A stretch of DNA of 42,319 nt from Deltaproteobacteria bacterium (GCA_041499865.1 JBGQLA010000003.1:1-42319); one strand, 5' to 3'. Shown: positions 30,010 to 39,092, counted from the stretch's first letter. Program-made: numbers and translations. The notes: a model not told the origin generated them from the letters alone.

Positions 30010-32310
30010 CTAGCGGATGAAGTTCAGCGTTTCCGGAAGCGAGCTCGTAATCGGCACCTCGAAGAAGTACGCCGGCTCCGGATGAATGATGACGGTTCCA
30101 CCGGAGGCGAGGAACGTGCCGATCTGATCCTGCACGGCGCGCGAAATCGATCGAAACAGCGCGTTGGGACTGGTGGGCGAGCCAGCGAACATGTGCGGAT
30201 TCTTGGGCATCGTGGGATCCTGCGCGGACGCGAAATCGTGGCGGTAATACAGCGTTCGATCCGCCAGGTTTCCGGCACGGATGACCGCCGTGGTCCCCGG
30301 GTTCACGGCCTGCTGATCTCCCGTTGCGAACTCATACATCACCGACTTTGGATGAACGCCTGGCAACGGCGCTTCGCGCAGGTAACGCGCCCACACCGCG
30401 GGTGAGAGACCTGCCTGCGACGCCATCTCCGAGAGCTCCAGGGCGTGCTGGATCGCCACGGCACCATCGACCGTGTTGATCACGGGTGGCTGGTTCCGCA
30501 GCGGCTTGTTCTCGTTGAAATAGGGGCCGGCGACGGCGACGCCGTCGATCTCCATCAACCCGGGTGCGTTGATCAGCGACGGCGTTCGCGCCTGCAGGCT
30601 GAGTCCAATCAGCGGCCGGCGGTTCGGTTGCCAGCGCGCGTGCTCGGGAATGACGCCCGGAACTGCGGCGGCGACGCCTACCGGCACGCTCGGATCGAGC
30701 GCCATGAAGATCGTACCGATCATCGTTCCTGCAGACGCACCGAGGAACGAGATCCGCGACGGGTCGATGTCGGCGTCGCCGTTGCCGTCCACGTCCATCC
30801 CGGCCTCGATCACGCGGACGAGCTGCATGAGATCGATCACCGTTTGTCTGTTCGCATCGCTCAAGGAGATCGTCCATGCGCGAGGGCCAGCAGCTTCGCT
30901 GCCTTCCGTGTTCGTGATGACGTTGTCGCCGTTCTGATCGATGCCGCGGCCTGCGTCGGGGATGGTCATCGACGAACCGCCGCTCATGCTCACCGTGAGC
31001 GTGCCGAGGAGTCCGAAACCCTGTCCCACGTGGTTGATTCCGATCGTGGCGATGCCGTGTGCCGCAAGCTTGGACGCGAAGTTGCCCGCCGTGAAATGCT
31101 GATTGCCCGTCGTGCCGCCGGCGACCAGGGCGATGGGCCAGCCATTTGGTGGTTTGCTGCCGGCAGGCAGCATCAGGGTGAAGTAAATCTTGTTGTAGTC
31201 CTGCACGAGCGGGGTCCCGGTGCGCGTTCCCACCGCCGGAATGTACTCGCCCGGATGCACGTTGTAGTCGGGCGAGACGTAATAGCCGTACGCGATTGTT
31301 CCAATTGCTCCTGGAACGACCCGGAGCACCCCCAAATCGATGGACGCGGGGGTGAAGCCATCCGGGTTCAGGCGGGTGTGCTGTTTCCAGGAAATCCCGG
31401 ACACGTTCGCCAGAGTGAAGACCGCAGGCTCGCCCATCGGACCGAGCCTGAAATTCGCCGGCTGCGGAACACCTGCCTTGATCTGGTCGCGGATTCTCTC
31501 CATCACCGACGTGATGCTCTGCGTCGTGAACACACTGGCCGAGACGATGTCGTGCTCGGGAATGCCGATCTCGCCGGCAGCCTCGATTGCCTCAAGCAGC
31601 GCGTCCCTGTACCGTTCTTCGACCGTGTGGCGGAACCGCCGAAAGTCCGCCTTTACTCTCTTCCCTTCGGTATCCCGCAGCGTCTCGATTGCCTCAAGCT
31701 GCGCGTCCCTGTACGGTTCTTCGACCGTATGGCGGAACCGCCGAAACGCGTTGTCCGCCTTTACTCTCTTCCCTTCGGTATCCCGCAGCCGACTGGTCGC
31801 GATCAGCGCGTAACGCGTGTGTTGCGCGAGCAACTGATCGGCCTCGACGTGCAGCGTCTGCGTGAAGGTGTCCCACACGATTTGATTGATGCCGATGACC
31901 GCGTGGGATCGCGCACGCTTCTCGAGCGTGCTTCCAAGATCGATGAGGAAGACGGCATCGCTGTTCACCGATGCGGCGTCAATCGGGCCGTCGAATGGAA
32001 TCGACAGCTGCGGCTGCAAACCGAAGCCGTCGAGCGCGTTGACGACGTCGAGATCGTCGCAGTCGGATGGACGAACCGTGCAGTCGGGATAGGGCAGGCT
32101 CAGCCTGCGCCCGGTGTTCTGCGACGCATCGGCGACCGTGAAAATGTCGGTCGGAAAGGGAGCCGTGTCGGGACGAGCGAGGTCGAACAGCGCCCGCACG
32201 GTGCCGTCCACTGATGAGCTGTCCGTGAGAGCACGCACCTGGAGAGCACAAATCCAGACCAGACAGAAAAGCGGGATCGAGAAGGCGACGACGCGGACGC
32301 TGCGTTTCAT
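30010..32310 (-). CDS. Secreted Ig-like (Big) domain + alpha/beta-hydrolase, bacterial virulence-factor lipase-like
   Basis: Signal peptide from ATG 32310; PFPTDIFT, LDGFG...IPFDGPID N-terminal module; nucleophile elbow FLGASAG; terminal NPH. Confidence 0.82.
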   Translation of the reverse strand: MKRSVRVVAFSIPLFCLVWICALQVRALTDSSSVDGTVRALFDLARPDTAPFPTDIFTVADASQNTGRRLSLPYPDCTVRPSDCDDLDVVNALDGFGLQPQLSIPFDGPIDAASVNSDAVFLIDLGSTLEKRARSHAVIGINQIVWDTFTQTLHVEADQLLAQHTRYALIATSRLRDTEGKRVKADNAFRRFRHTVEEPYRDAQLEAIETLRDTEGKRVKADFRRFRHTVEERYRDALLEAIEAAGEIGIPEHDIVSASVFTTQSITSVMERIRDQIKAGVPQPANFRLGPMGEPAVFTLANVSGISWKQHTRLNPDGFTPASIDLGVLRVVPGAIGTIAYGYYVSPDYNVHPGEYIPAVGTRTGTPLVQDYNKIYFTLMLPAGSKPPNGWPIALVAGGTTGNQHFTAGNFASKLAAHGIATIGINHVGQGFGLLGTLTVSMSGGSSMTIPDAGRGIDQNGDNVITNTEGSEAAGPRAWTISLSDANRQTVIDLMQLVRVIEAGMDVDGNGDADIDPSRISFLGASAGTMIGTIFMALDPSVPVGVAAAVPGVIPEHARWQPNRRPLIGLSLQARTPSLINAPGLMEIDGVAVAGPYFNENKPLRNQPPVINTVDGAVAIQHALELSEMASQAGLSPAVWARYLREAPLPGVHPKSVMYEFATGDQQAVNPGTTAVIRAGNLADRTLYYRHDFASAQDPTMPKNPHMFAGSPTSPNALFRSISRAVQDQIGTFLASGGTVIIHPEPAYFFEVPITSSLPETLNFIR
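31582..31789. repeat. In-frame tandem duplication (~102 bp unit) within the lipase-like gene
   Basis: LRDTEGKRVKADNAFRRFRHTVEEPYRDAQLEAIE / LRDTEGKRVKADFRRFRHTVEERYRDALLEAIE; the copies differ by a few substitutions and a 6-bp indel. Confidence 0.9.
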
Positions 32311-32333
32311 GGCTTGTCCCTCTGACCGGCTAC

Positions 32334-32359
32334 AACGGTGGTCGACGAAAAACCGGACA
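32334..32359 (-). promoter_or_regulatory. Putative ECF-type promoter for the lipase-like gene
   Basis: Minus strand TGTCCG-N16-CGTT, 23 nt upstream of ATG 32310, in the short intergenic region shared with the ECF sigma gene. Confidence 0.4.
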
Positions 32360-32404
32360 AAGGCGTAAGATGGGGTTCTCGCCGCGTGCTGGACCGAGGG
32401 CGGT

Positions 32405-32971
32405 ATGGATGTCGAATCGACCTTCACCCTGATCGTGCGTGCCCGCGCCGGAGACTCGGAGGCGCTCGAAGAGCTCTTCGCGCGGCATCGCAAGCCTCTC
32501 CAACGCTGGGCCAGCGGCAGGCTCCCGAAATGGGCGCGGACAATCTCCGACACCGAGGACCTTGTCCAGGAAACCCTGCTCAATACTTTTAAGAGGATCG
32601 AAGACTTCGAGCCCCGACGGGTCGGCGCGCTTCAGGCCTATCTCCGCCAGGCCGTCCTCAATCACATCCGCGAGGAGCTGCGCCGGAAAGGTCGCCAGCC
32701 GGACGCCGCCGAACTGGATGACATCGAGGCCGACAGCGCCGACTCGCCGCTGGAGCAAGCCATTGGTCGTGAGGCGGTCGACCGCTACGAGCACGCGCTG
32801 GCGCGCCTGAAGCCGGAAGAGCGCGAAGCCATCATCGCGAGAATCGAGATGGGCTGCACGTACGAGGAGCTGGCCGCGGCGCTGGGCAAGCCGACACCGG
32901 ACGCGGCGCGAAAGGCGGCCCGACGCGCGCTGGTCCGGCTGGCGGAGGAGATGCGACGTGCCGGGAAATGA
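32405..32971 (+). CDS. ECF RNA polymerase sigma factor (kinase-associated type)
   Basis: RARAGDSEALEELF, DTEDLVQET (region 2), LARLKPEEREAI...TYEELAAALG (region 4); overlaps the kinase start. Confidence 0.92.
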   Translation: MDVESTFTLIVRARAGDSEALEELFARHRKPLQRWASGRLPKWARTISDTEDLVQETLLNTFKRIEDFEPRRVGALQAYLRQAVLNHIREELRRKGRQPDAAELDDIEADSADSPLEQAIGREAVDRYEHALARLKPEEREAIIARIEMGCTYEELAAALGKPTPDAARKAARRALVRLAEEMRRAGK

Positions 32972-35513
32972 AGGGCTGCTCGGCGATCTCGCCGATGCCA
33001 TTCTCGACGGCAGCCCGATCGACTGGGCATCAGCCGAATCGAGTGCCGGCGACGGAGAACGTCCCCTGCTCCATCCGCTCAGACTCCTGGCGGCGCTCGC
33101 CGGCGTTCATCGTCAGGATCCACGCGAATTCGCCGAGAGCCGCACGGAGGATTCGCGCGGCGAAACGATCGGAGTCTACCGCCTGATCGAGCCACTCGGC
33201 CGGGGCGGCATGGGCGAGGTTTATCTCGCCGAGCGCGCCGACGGACGATTCGATCAGAAAGTCGCGGTGAAGCTCGTCAAGCGCGGCATGGACTCGGCGG
33301 AGATCCTGCGCCGTTTCGCGCGCGAGCGTCGGATCCTGGCCCGACTGGAGCATCCCGGCATCGCGCGCCTTCTCGACGGCGGCGAGACTCGCGACGGGCG
33401 GCCCTACTTCGTCATGGAGCGAGTCGAGGGAGAGCCGATCACCGGCTATTGCCGCACTCGACGTCTGCCGCTGGACGATCGCGTGCGGCTCGTCGCGTCC
33501 TGTTGCGACGCGGTCGACGCCGCGCACCGCGCCTTCGTCGTGCACCGCGATCTGAAGCCCTCGAACATCCTCGTGACGGCCGACGGGCTCGTGAAGCTGC
33601 TGGATTTCGGAATCGCCAAGCTCCTCGCCGAGGAAGAAGGGCAGCTGACGTCCCAGGGGCGGCGGGCGATCACGCCAGCCTACGCCGCGCCGGAACAGAT
33701 CGTGGGCGGCGGGGTGACCATGGCCACGGATGTCTTCGCTCTGGGCGTCGTGCTGTACGAGCTGTTGACCGGAGCGGTTCCGTTCGACCGACACGCGACA
33801 ACGCCGCAGGAGCTGGCGCTTCGAGTGGAGCACGAGAGCGCGGAACGCCCGTCGGCCGCGGCGACGCGAACGAATGGCCCGGAGAGCACCGACGGCGCGC
33901 GGCCGCGGTGGGTCCGGCGTCTGCGCGGTGACCTCGACACGATCACGATGAAAGCGTTGGCACGCGAGCCCGAACGGCGCTACGCCTCGGCCGCGGCACT
34001 TGCCCAGGACTTGCGGCGGTTCCTGACGTCCCGTCCGGTGGACGCCCGTCCCGACTCCCGCGGCTACCGGATGCGCAAGTTCGTGAGGCGTCATCGTCTG
34101 GGCGTCGCGACGTCGGCCATCATGGCCGCGTCCGTGCTGGTTGCGCTTGTCGTGTCGCTCGAGAAGACCGCCGCCGCGCGGCGCCAGGCCGAGCGCGCCG
34201 CGGCCAGCCAGGCGTTCCTCACCAGTCTCTTCGAGCAGATCGACCCGGACCGCTCCGTCGGCTCGGCGCCGACGGTGCGTGACCTCCTGGAGCGCGGGAG
34301 CGAGCGCCTCGATCGCGAGCTGGGACAGCAGCCCGAGCTGCGAGCAGAGATGCAGGCCCTCCTCGGGCAGGTGTTCGACCAGCTCTCCCTGTCCAAACAG
34401 GGCGAAGTCCAGTGGCGGCGCGCGCTGGAAACGCGGCAGGCACTCTTCGGTCCCGAGGATGCGCGCACCGCGAAAGTGAAAAAGGGGCTGGCGATTTCGC
34501 TCGCGCGCCAGGGGCGTTATGCCGAGGCCGAGCCGCTCTTCCAGCAACTGCTCGTGCACAAACAGGTGGTCGCGAACGATCATGAGATGGGCAGCGTGCT
34601 GTTGAACTATGGCAACCAGACGCGCCTGATGGGAGATTACGACGCGTCTCGGGCGCTGCTGGAACGGGCTGTCGCGCTCCTCGAGCGTGAGGGGGATCCC
34701 AACAGCCGTTCGCTGACGGCGGGGCTCAACAACCTGGGACTGGTCTACTGGCGGCAAGGGCGACTTCGGGATGCGGCCACCACGCTCGAGCGAGTGCTTG
34801 CGATCCGCATGAAAACCCAGGGTCCCCCCACGACCCCAGTCGCGTCCATCCGAGCGAATCTCTCGTACGTGTATCGCGAGCTTGGCGATCTCGACACTGC
34901 CGAGCGTTACGCCAACGACGCGCTTGGCACCGCGGAAAAGATCTTGCCGCCGAACCACCCTTTCATCGCGGTGCCCCTGCTGTCGCTCGGCCAGATAGCG
35001 GAGAAACGTGGAGATCGCGGCAGGGCGCGGGCGCTCTACGAGCGGTCCATCGCCGCGTACGAACGCTCGACGGGTGAGCCCGGACTCGCGCACTCCCTGC
35101 GCTGTCTGGCCGATTTGTTACGGGAGCAGGGAGAGACGAAGGAAGCCCTCGGGCTTTACGAGCGTGAACTCGCCGTGCGGCGCAAGCTGTTCGGCGACCG
35201 CAACTCGGAAGTCGCCGAGAGTTGGCGCGACCTGGCCCGCGGTCGGCTTGCGGTGCACGATGCGACTGGGGCGCTCGACGCGGCTCGCACCGGTGTCGAC
35301 GTGTTCCGCGCCACGGTTCGGGCCGACAGCCCACAGCTCGGGGGCGGACTCTATTTCCTCGGTCATGTGCTCCGGCTGGATGGGCGTCCGCGCGAGGCGC
35401 TGCCGTACCTCGAAGAAGCCGACGCAATCTGGCGTAAGAAGCCTCCGAGTCCTCCGGGAGAACTCGCCGAGCTCGAGGCGGAGCTCGCCGCCACGCGCGC
35501 CGCGCTGCGCTGA
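32958..35513 (+). CDS. Membrane Ser/Thr protein kinase with extracytoplasmic TPR repeats
   Basis: GRGGMG, VAVK, HRDLKPSN, DFG, YAAPE, LRGDLDTI; TM at RHRLGV...; TPR_12-like repeats. Confidence 0.93.
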   Translation: MPGNEGLLGDLADAILDGSPIDWASAESSAGDGERPLLHPLRLLAALAGVHRQDPREFAESRTEDSRGETIGVYRLIEPLGRGGMGEVYLAERADGRFDQKVAVKLVKRGMDSAEILRRFARERRILARLEHPGIARLLDGGETRDGRPYFVMERVEGEPITGYCRTRRLPLDDRVRLVASCCDAVDAAHRAFVVHRDLKPSNILVTADGLVKLLDFGIAKLLAEEEGQLTSQGRRAITPAYAAPEQIVGGGVTMATDVFALGVVLYELLTGAVPFDRHATTPQELALRVEHESAERPSAAATRTNGPESTDGARPRWVRRLRGDLDTITMKALAREPERRYASAAALAQDLRRFLTSRPVDARPDSRGYRMRKFVRRHRLGVATSAIMAASVLVALVVSLEKTAAARRQAERAAASQAFLTSLFEQIDPDRSVGSAPTVRDLLERGSERLDRELGQQPELRAEMQALLGQVFDQLSLSKQGEVQWRRALETRQALFGPEDARTAKVKKGLAISLARQGRYAEAEPLFQQLLVHKQVVANDHEMGSVLLNYGNQTRLMGDYDASRALLERAVALLEREGDPNSRSLTAGLNNLGLVYWRQGRLRDAATTLERVLAIRMKTQGPPTTPVASIRANLSYVYRELGDLDTAERYANDALGTAEKILPPNHPFIAVPLLSLGQIAEKRGDRGRARALYERSIAAYERSTGEPGLAHSLRCLADLLREQGETKEALGLYERELAVRRKLFGDRNSEVAESWRDLARGRLAVHDATGALDAARTGVDVFRATVRADSPQLGGGLYFLGHVLRLDGRPREALPYLEEADAIWRKKPPSPPGELAELEAELAATRAALR

Positions 35514-35931
35514 ATGCTCGCTATCCAGGACACGTCGTCGTCGGCCATGATCTCGACGTCTTTTTGATGGAGTGTCGCGGAATTGCCGGTCTGAGAGTTA
35601 CCACTCAACCGGCGGCGAGGGCCCGGGGCCGGAGCGGCTCGCCTTCTCCTTCACGTCAGGGAGACCGTCCGAACGAACGTGCTCGCCACCGACGGTGGAT
35701 GCGCTATCTGCAGCCGGCGCCGACTGCCAGTGGGGGAGTTCTCGTAAGGGACGAACCCGAGTCGTGGGTCACCGGTCCGAACCGTAGGTCGAGCCTCGCG
35801 TTGCGGAGGAGAACAATGAGCTCGGGCGTTGCGATTTGACAAGGGCCGACGCGCTCTTCAAGGCAACCTCCGATTCGATGTTGCCCGCCCACCGAACGCG
35901 CTCTCGCTTGGAGCGACAGGTACTTCCACAT

Positions 35932-35951
35932 CGTCTCCAAACTGTCTCCAA
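35932..35951 (+). repeat. Putative integrase arm-type site, right
   Basis: CGTCTCCAAACTGTCTCCAA (followed by AACTG); direct repeat of 28293-28312. Confidence 0.65.
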
Positions 35952-36083
35952 AACTGAGGCGTAATTGCGGGTACTCGCGCGCGCGAGCGAGGAGATCGGA
36001 GTTCAGGTCAAGCTCCTAATCCTACGGGCGAAACGACGAATTGGCGTGCGTCGTCGCCTGGTTACGCTTGTTCAGTTGATTCA

Positions 36084-36109
36084 GGTTCGATTCCCATGCG
36101 CTACCGCCA
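36084..36109 (+). repeat. att core, right copy (duplicated selC 3' end)
   Basis: Exact 26-bp match to 28228-28253; no tRNA 5' half upstream. Confidence 0.92.
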
Positions 36110-36126
36110 CAACTTCTCCTCTGAAA

Positions 36127-36385
36127 CTACTGCTTGTCAGCTCCGTCCGCGACCCTTCTCTCCCCGCTCTCGCCCCGGCCAACAGCAGGGACAGCCTCAA
36201 GCAGCTGGATGGCCTGGTTCAGGGACGCCGGGGACAAATGCATGTACCGCTGCGTCGTGCTCAGGCTCACGTGGCCGGCCAGCTCTTGGATTGCCTTCGC
36301 CGTCGCCCCGCGCATCGCGAGGCGAGAGCAGAAGGTGTGCCGCAGGATGTGCAGCCGGCCCGTCACCTTAAGCCCTGCCCTGCGT
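36127..36385 (-). pseudogene. Tyrosine recombinase/integrase C-terminal remnant
   Basis: RAGLKVTGRLHILRHTFCSRLAMRGATAKAIQELAGHVSLSTTQRYMH contains the H-x-x-R, H and Y catalytic residues; the N-terminal part is absent; it points toward att. Confidence 0.9.
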
Positions 36386-36461
36386 TCTCGGCTGCGAGTT
36401 TCTCGGGTAAAGCGGGGTCCCGCTCAGCTTCCGGGATCGTGATCTCGAACGGGATCAGCTT
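36380..36461 (-). pseudogene. Phage/plasmid P4-family (D5-like) primase-helicase fragment
   Basis: KLIPFEITIPEAERDPALPEKLAAE matches the segment recognised after the SF3 helicase motifs in P4-type primases. Confidence 0.6.
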
Positions 36462-36732
36462 GTGTTTTCGGGACATCGTGAAAACGTCTTCACCAACCCG
36501 CCGGCCTAGATAAAGAGTCCTGCTTCCGCGTCGGCTCAGTGCTGGACGCGATCTCACTGTCTGGATTGTGGGGGCTTCGGCCACCACGCGCCTGTTGTGA
36601 ACCTGAAGAAGGAGCGCACGCTGCCGGCGGCACGGTGGGCAAGCGCATCGCCAACGGGCAATCTCGGAGGCGGTCAGATTTGAGACGACAGATTGCTGAC
36701 CCATGCCGTTCATTCCTCGACCCGCTCCCGAG

Positions 36733-37575
36733 TCAGGTCAGCCTCACGCGAACCGCCGCTCCGTCAAACGTCGTCGGGTAGGTACTCAAGGGCTGCGTGG
36801 CAGGCCCCTGCCTGACCGTACCGTCCGTGGCAAACACAGAGCCATGACAAGGGCAATGCAACAAACCGTCCGCGGGCGTGAACTCAACAAAGGCACAATT
36901 GGCATGGGTACAAAGCGGGTTGAGTGCAGCGTACTGACCGGACGCCAACGCAATGACCAGCAAGGCGTTCACTTCGCCCTTGGGCGTGCCCTCCTCAACA
37001 CCCCCCGGTTGCGCGAGCCTCGGGTACTGGGACAAACTCAGCGTTACCTCTCCGCCCACGGGTGCCGGCAAGACCTCTCCCGGCGCGTGAAGGTCGACGA
37101 CCAGCTTGCCGCTCTCTGCACTGAAGGTTGCCTTGTAAGTTAGCAAGGGTTGCCGAGCAGGTGGATGCGTCACCTGCCCGGAGAGGTCATACTCGGAGCC
37201 ATGGCAAGGGCAAACGATGGCGCCATGATCGAATCCCAGCGGACATCCCTCGTGGGTGCACGTGCTCGCGGTGCAAAAGAACGAGTCGTCCCGCGGGTGG
37301 AGGATCAGAAGCGGTCCTGCGAGCCCTTCCACGCGCGCCGTGATGGCCCCTCCTTGCTTGGCCAGGTCTGGGTACATGTCCACCGCGACCACCAGCAATC
37401 CGTTCATGGGAGCCGGAAAATCCGCGTAGGGAGCTGGCGACGCATTGGGGAGACACCCTGAGAGGCCGTCGTCCAACACTGCCGCGAAACCCACGGCCAA
37501 CTGCTTGAGAAAAAGACGGCGACGCGGGCACTGCAGAGGCGACGACTCGGCTTCAGGCTCAGTTGTTGGGCGCAT
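36733..37575 (-). CDS. Tandem double Rieske [2Fe-2S] protein, probably Tat-exported
   Basis: RRRLFLK Tat-like motif; CTHEGC...CPCHGS and CTHANC...CPCHGS. Confidence 0.88.
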   Translation of the reverse strand: MRPTTEPEAESSPLQCPRRRLFLKQLAVGFAAVLDDGLSGCLPNASPAPYADFPAPMNGLLVVAVDMYPDLAKQGGAITARVEGLAGPLLILHPRDDSFFCTASTCTHEGCPLGFDHGAIVCPCHGSEYDLSGQVTHPPARQPLLTYKATFSAESGKLVVDLHAPGEVLPAPVGGEVTLSLSQYPRLAQPGGVEEGTPKGEVNALLVIALASGQYAALNPLCTHANCAFVEFTPADGLLHCPCHGSVFATDGTVRQGPATQPLSTYPTTFDGAAVRVRLT

Positions 37576-37948
37576 TGCACACCAACCAGGTCAGGACCAG
37601 CTCGCGCCTTGGCACCGAGAATCCCTCAACGGCCCCGGGCGGCGGCATCCTGCAGGAATAGAGTTGGTTCAAGAAGGCAGTCCGCTGCGAGAAGGCATCC
37701 GCATAAGTCAGAAAACGACGGTCCGGCGCACTGCCTGAAGCGCTGTGGCATGTCCCGCACTGACCCTGCATGAGCGGCTGAATGTCGCGACTGAAGCTGG
37801 GTACAGCGCTGGGACACGCGGACGGTAAGTCGTTCGGACAGAGCGCCGTCGCGTCCACGGTCGCGGGACTCCAGTCTCCGCAGGCACACGCCCCGAGGAC
37901 GCCGGCGACGGTTACCATACGCAGAAGCAGATCCGTACGGCGACTCAT
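37559..37948 (-). CDS. Monoheme c-type cytochrome lipoprotein
   Basis: LGAC lipobox; SFSRDIQPLMQGQCGTCH (CxxCH); RMPP axial Met; overlaps the Rieske gene start. Confidence 0.8.
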   Translation of the reverse strand: MSRRTDLLLRMVTVAGVLGACACGDWSPATVDATALCPNDLPSACPSAVPSFSRDIQPLMQGQCGTCHSASGSAPDRRFLTYADAFSQRTAFLNQLYSCRMPPPGAVEGFSVPRRELVLTWLVCNAPNN

Positions 37949-38319
37949 GGTTCACCCTCCCCGTCAGCTGCAGCCGCGAGGAGGAACGCGACGACGAACA
38001 CTCCTGACTGGGCGGCTCGCATCAAGGCGGCGGGGGCGCGCCGGACGGGTGCGCGGGCAGAGGGGATGAAGGCGGCGGCCGCACCGCCGGCGGGGTCGTG
38101 GCAGTCCACCATGAAGAGGAAGTGTAGCAGAGGGGGGCGACCGTCGACACCGCGGCCGCGCCCCAAGCTCTGCTCCGATCCGTCGGCCTCTCTCAGGGCG
38201 GCCAAGATGGACGCTGGGCCGACCGCGCGACTGTCGGAGGCTATTCGGGGTCGTCCGAGCCCACGGCGCGCGCTAGCAGAACCGCGAAGCCATTTTGTCG
38301 CCGGAACCCGTCAGGTCCC

Positions 38320-38454
38320 GTGCCGAAGTACAGCTCGTGCAGCGTGGCCGAGTTCGCGAACGTCAGCTCGCGCTCCTTGATGCGAGACGATCAGCTTTTC
38401 CGAAAGCCCGCTCAGTTTCGACGGAGCGAACGGCAGCGGTTTGAGTGAAAGCAT
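38320..38454 (-). pseudogene. chrC: Fe/Mn superoxide dismutase (ChrC-type) remnant
   Basis: MLSLKPLPFAPSKLSGLSEKLIVSH, then after an internal deletion/frameshift KERELTFANSATLHELYFG; both are SOD N-domain segments; located in the chr operon. Confidence 0.7.
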
Positions 38455-39092
38455 CACTTTGCCGTGGCGGTGAGGTCGTCGAACTGGATGATCGAGTCGG
38501 CCTTGGTCCACACGCCGAACTTGCCCGCGTCCTTGAACGCGTCGTCGTGCGTGTCGATGACCTTGTTGCCGTCGAGGAAGACTTGGATGTGGTCGCCGAC
38601 CATCTCCACCGCGAGCTCGTGCCACACGCCCGAGGCCACCTTCCCATTCCAGCCGTCGAACCGGCCCCGGCTCCCCTTGATGACGTGGTACAGGTGGACG
38701 TTGTCCTCGAGGGCGTTGGCGCGCGTGATGTAGTAGTTGTCCTTGTCCTTCAGGCGCCAGATGATCCCACATCCCTGATCGCCCTTGCCGGCGATGGCCT
38801 TGCACTTCACCGACAGGCGCAAGTCCTTCAACTCTGGTCCAGTGTACGCAATGGGAAAGCGGTAGTCCGTCTCGTCGCCGTCGGTCTGCGCAAGGACGTT
38901 CTTGCCGCTCGGTGCGTCAGCTACCGCCTGCACGACCCACTTTCCCGGTTTGCCTTTCCCGGTGAGTGCGAATTGGAATCCCTTCGGCGGCTGCCCCGCC
39001 GCATCCGACTCGAAATCGAACTTCGTCATCTGCTTCTCCTGCGCGAAAGCGGCCGACCCGAGCAACGCTGCCATCCAGATCCCGAGCTTCAT
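38454..39092 (-). CDS. Secreted DUF1080/LamG-like (concanavalin-fold) protein
   Basis: Signal peptide; GIIWRLKDKDNYY, WHELAVEMVGDHIQVFLDG, GKFGVWTKADS; ATGA overlap with chrB. Confidence 0.85.
   Translation of the reverse strand: MKLGIWMAALLGSAAFAQEKQMTKFDFESDAAGQPPKGFQFALTGKGKPGKWVVQAVADAPSGKNVLAQTDGDETDYRFPIAYTGPELKDLRLSVKCKAIAGKGDQGCGIIWRLKDKDNYYITRANALEDNVHLYHVIKGSRGRFDGWNGKVASGVWHELAVEMVGDHIQVFLDGNKVIDTHDDAFKDAGKFGVWTKADSIIQFDDLTATAK

Larger units (their letters stand above)
28254..36109. mobile_element. Genomic island integrated at selC (~7.9 kb), no integrase inside
   Basis: Bounded by a 26-bp direct repeat of the tRNA 3' end; near-identical 20-bp motifs lie inside both ends; accessory cargo includes a frameshifted gene. 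Confidence 0.85.

Noticed and set aside
35520-36080. Short ORFs near the island right end
   Set aside because: No recognisable family; likely non-coding or decayed att-flanking DNA.
36084-36109. Second tRNA gene
   Set aside because: Only the T-arm/acceptor 3' end is present; it is an att duplicate.
37945-38205. 86-aa minus-strand ORF upstream of the cytochrome gene
   Set aside because: No recognisable motif or clear RBS; it may be a signal-peptide remnant but cannot be supported.
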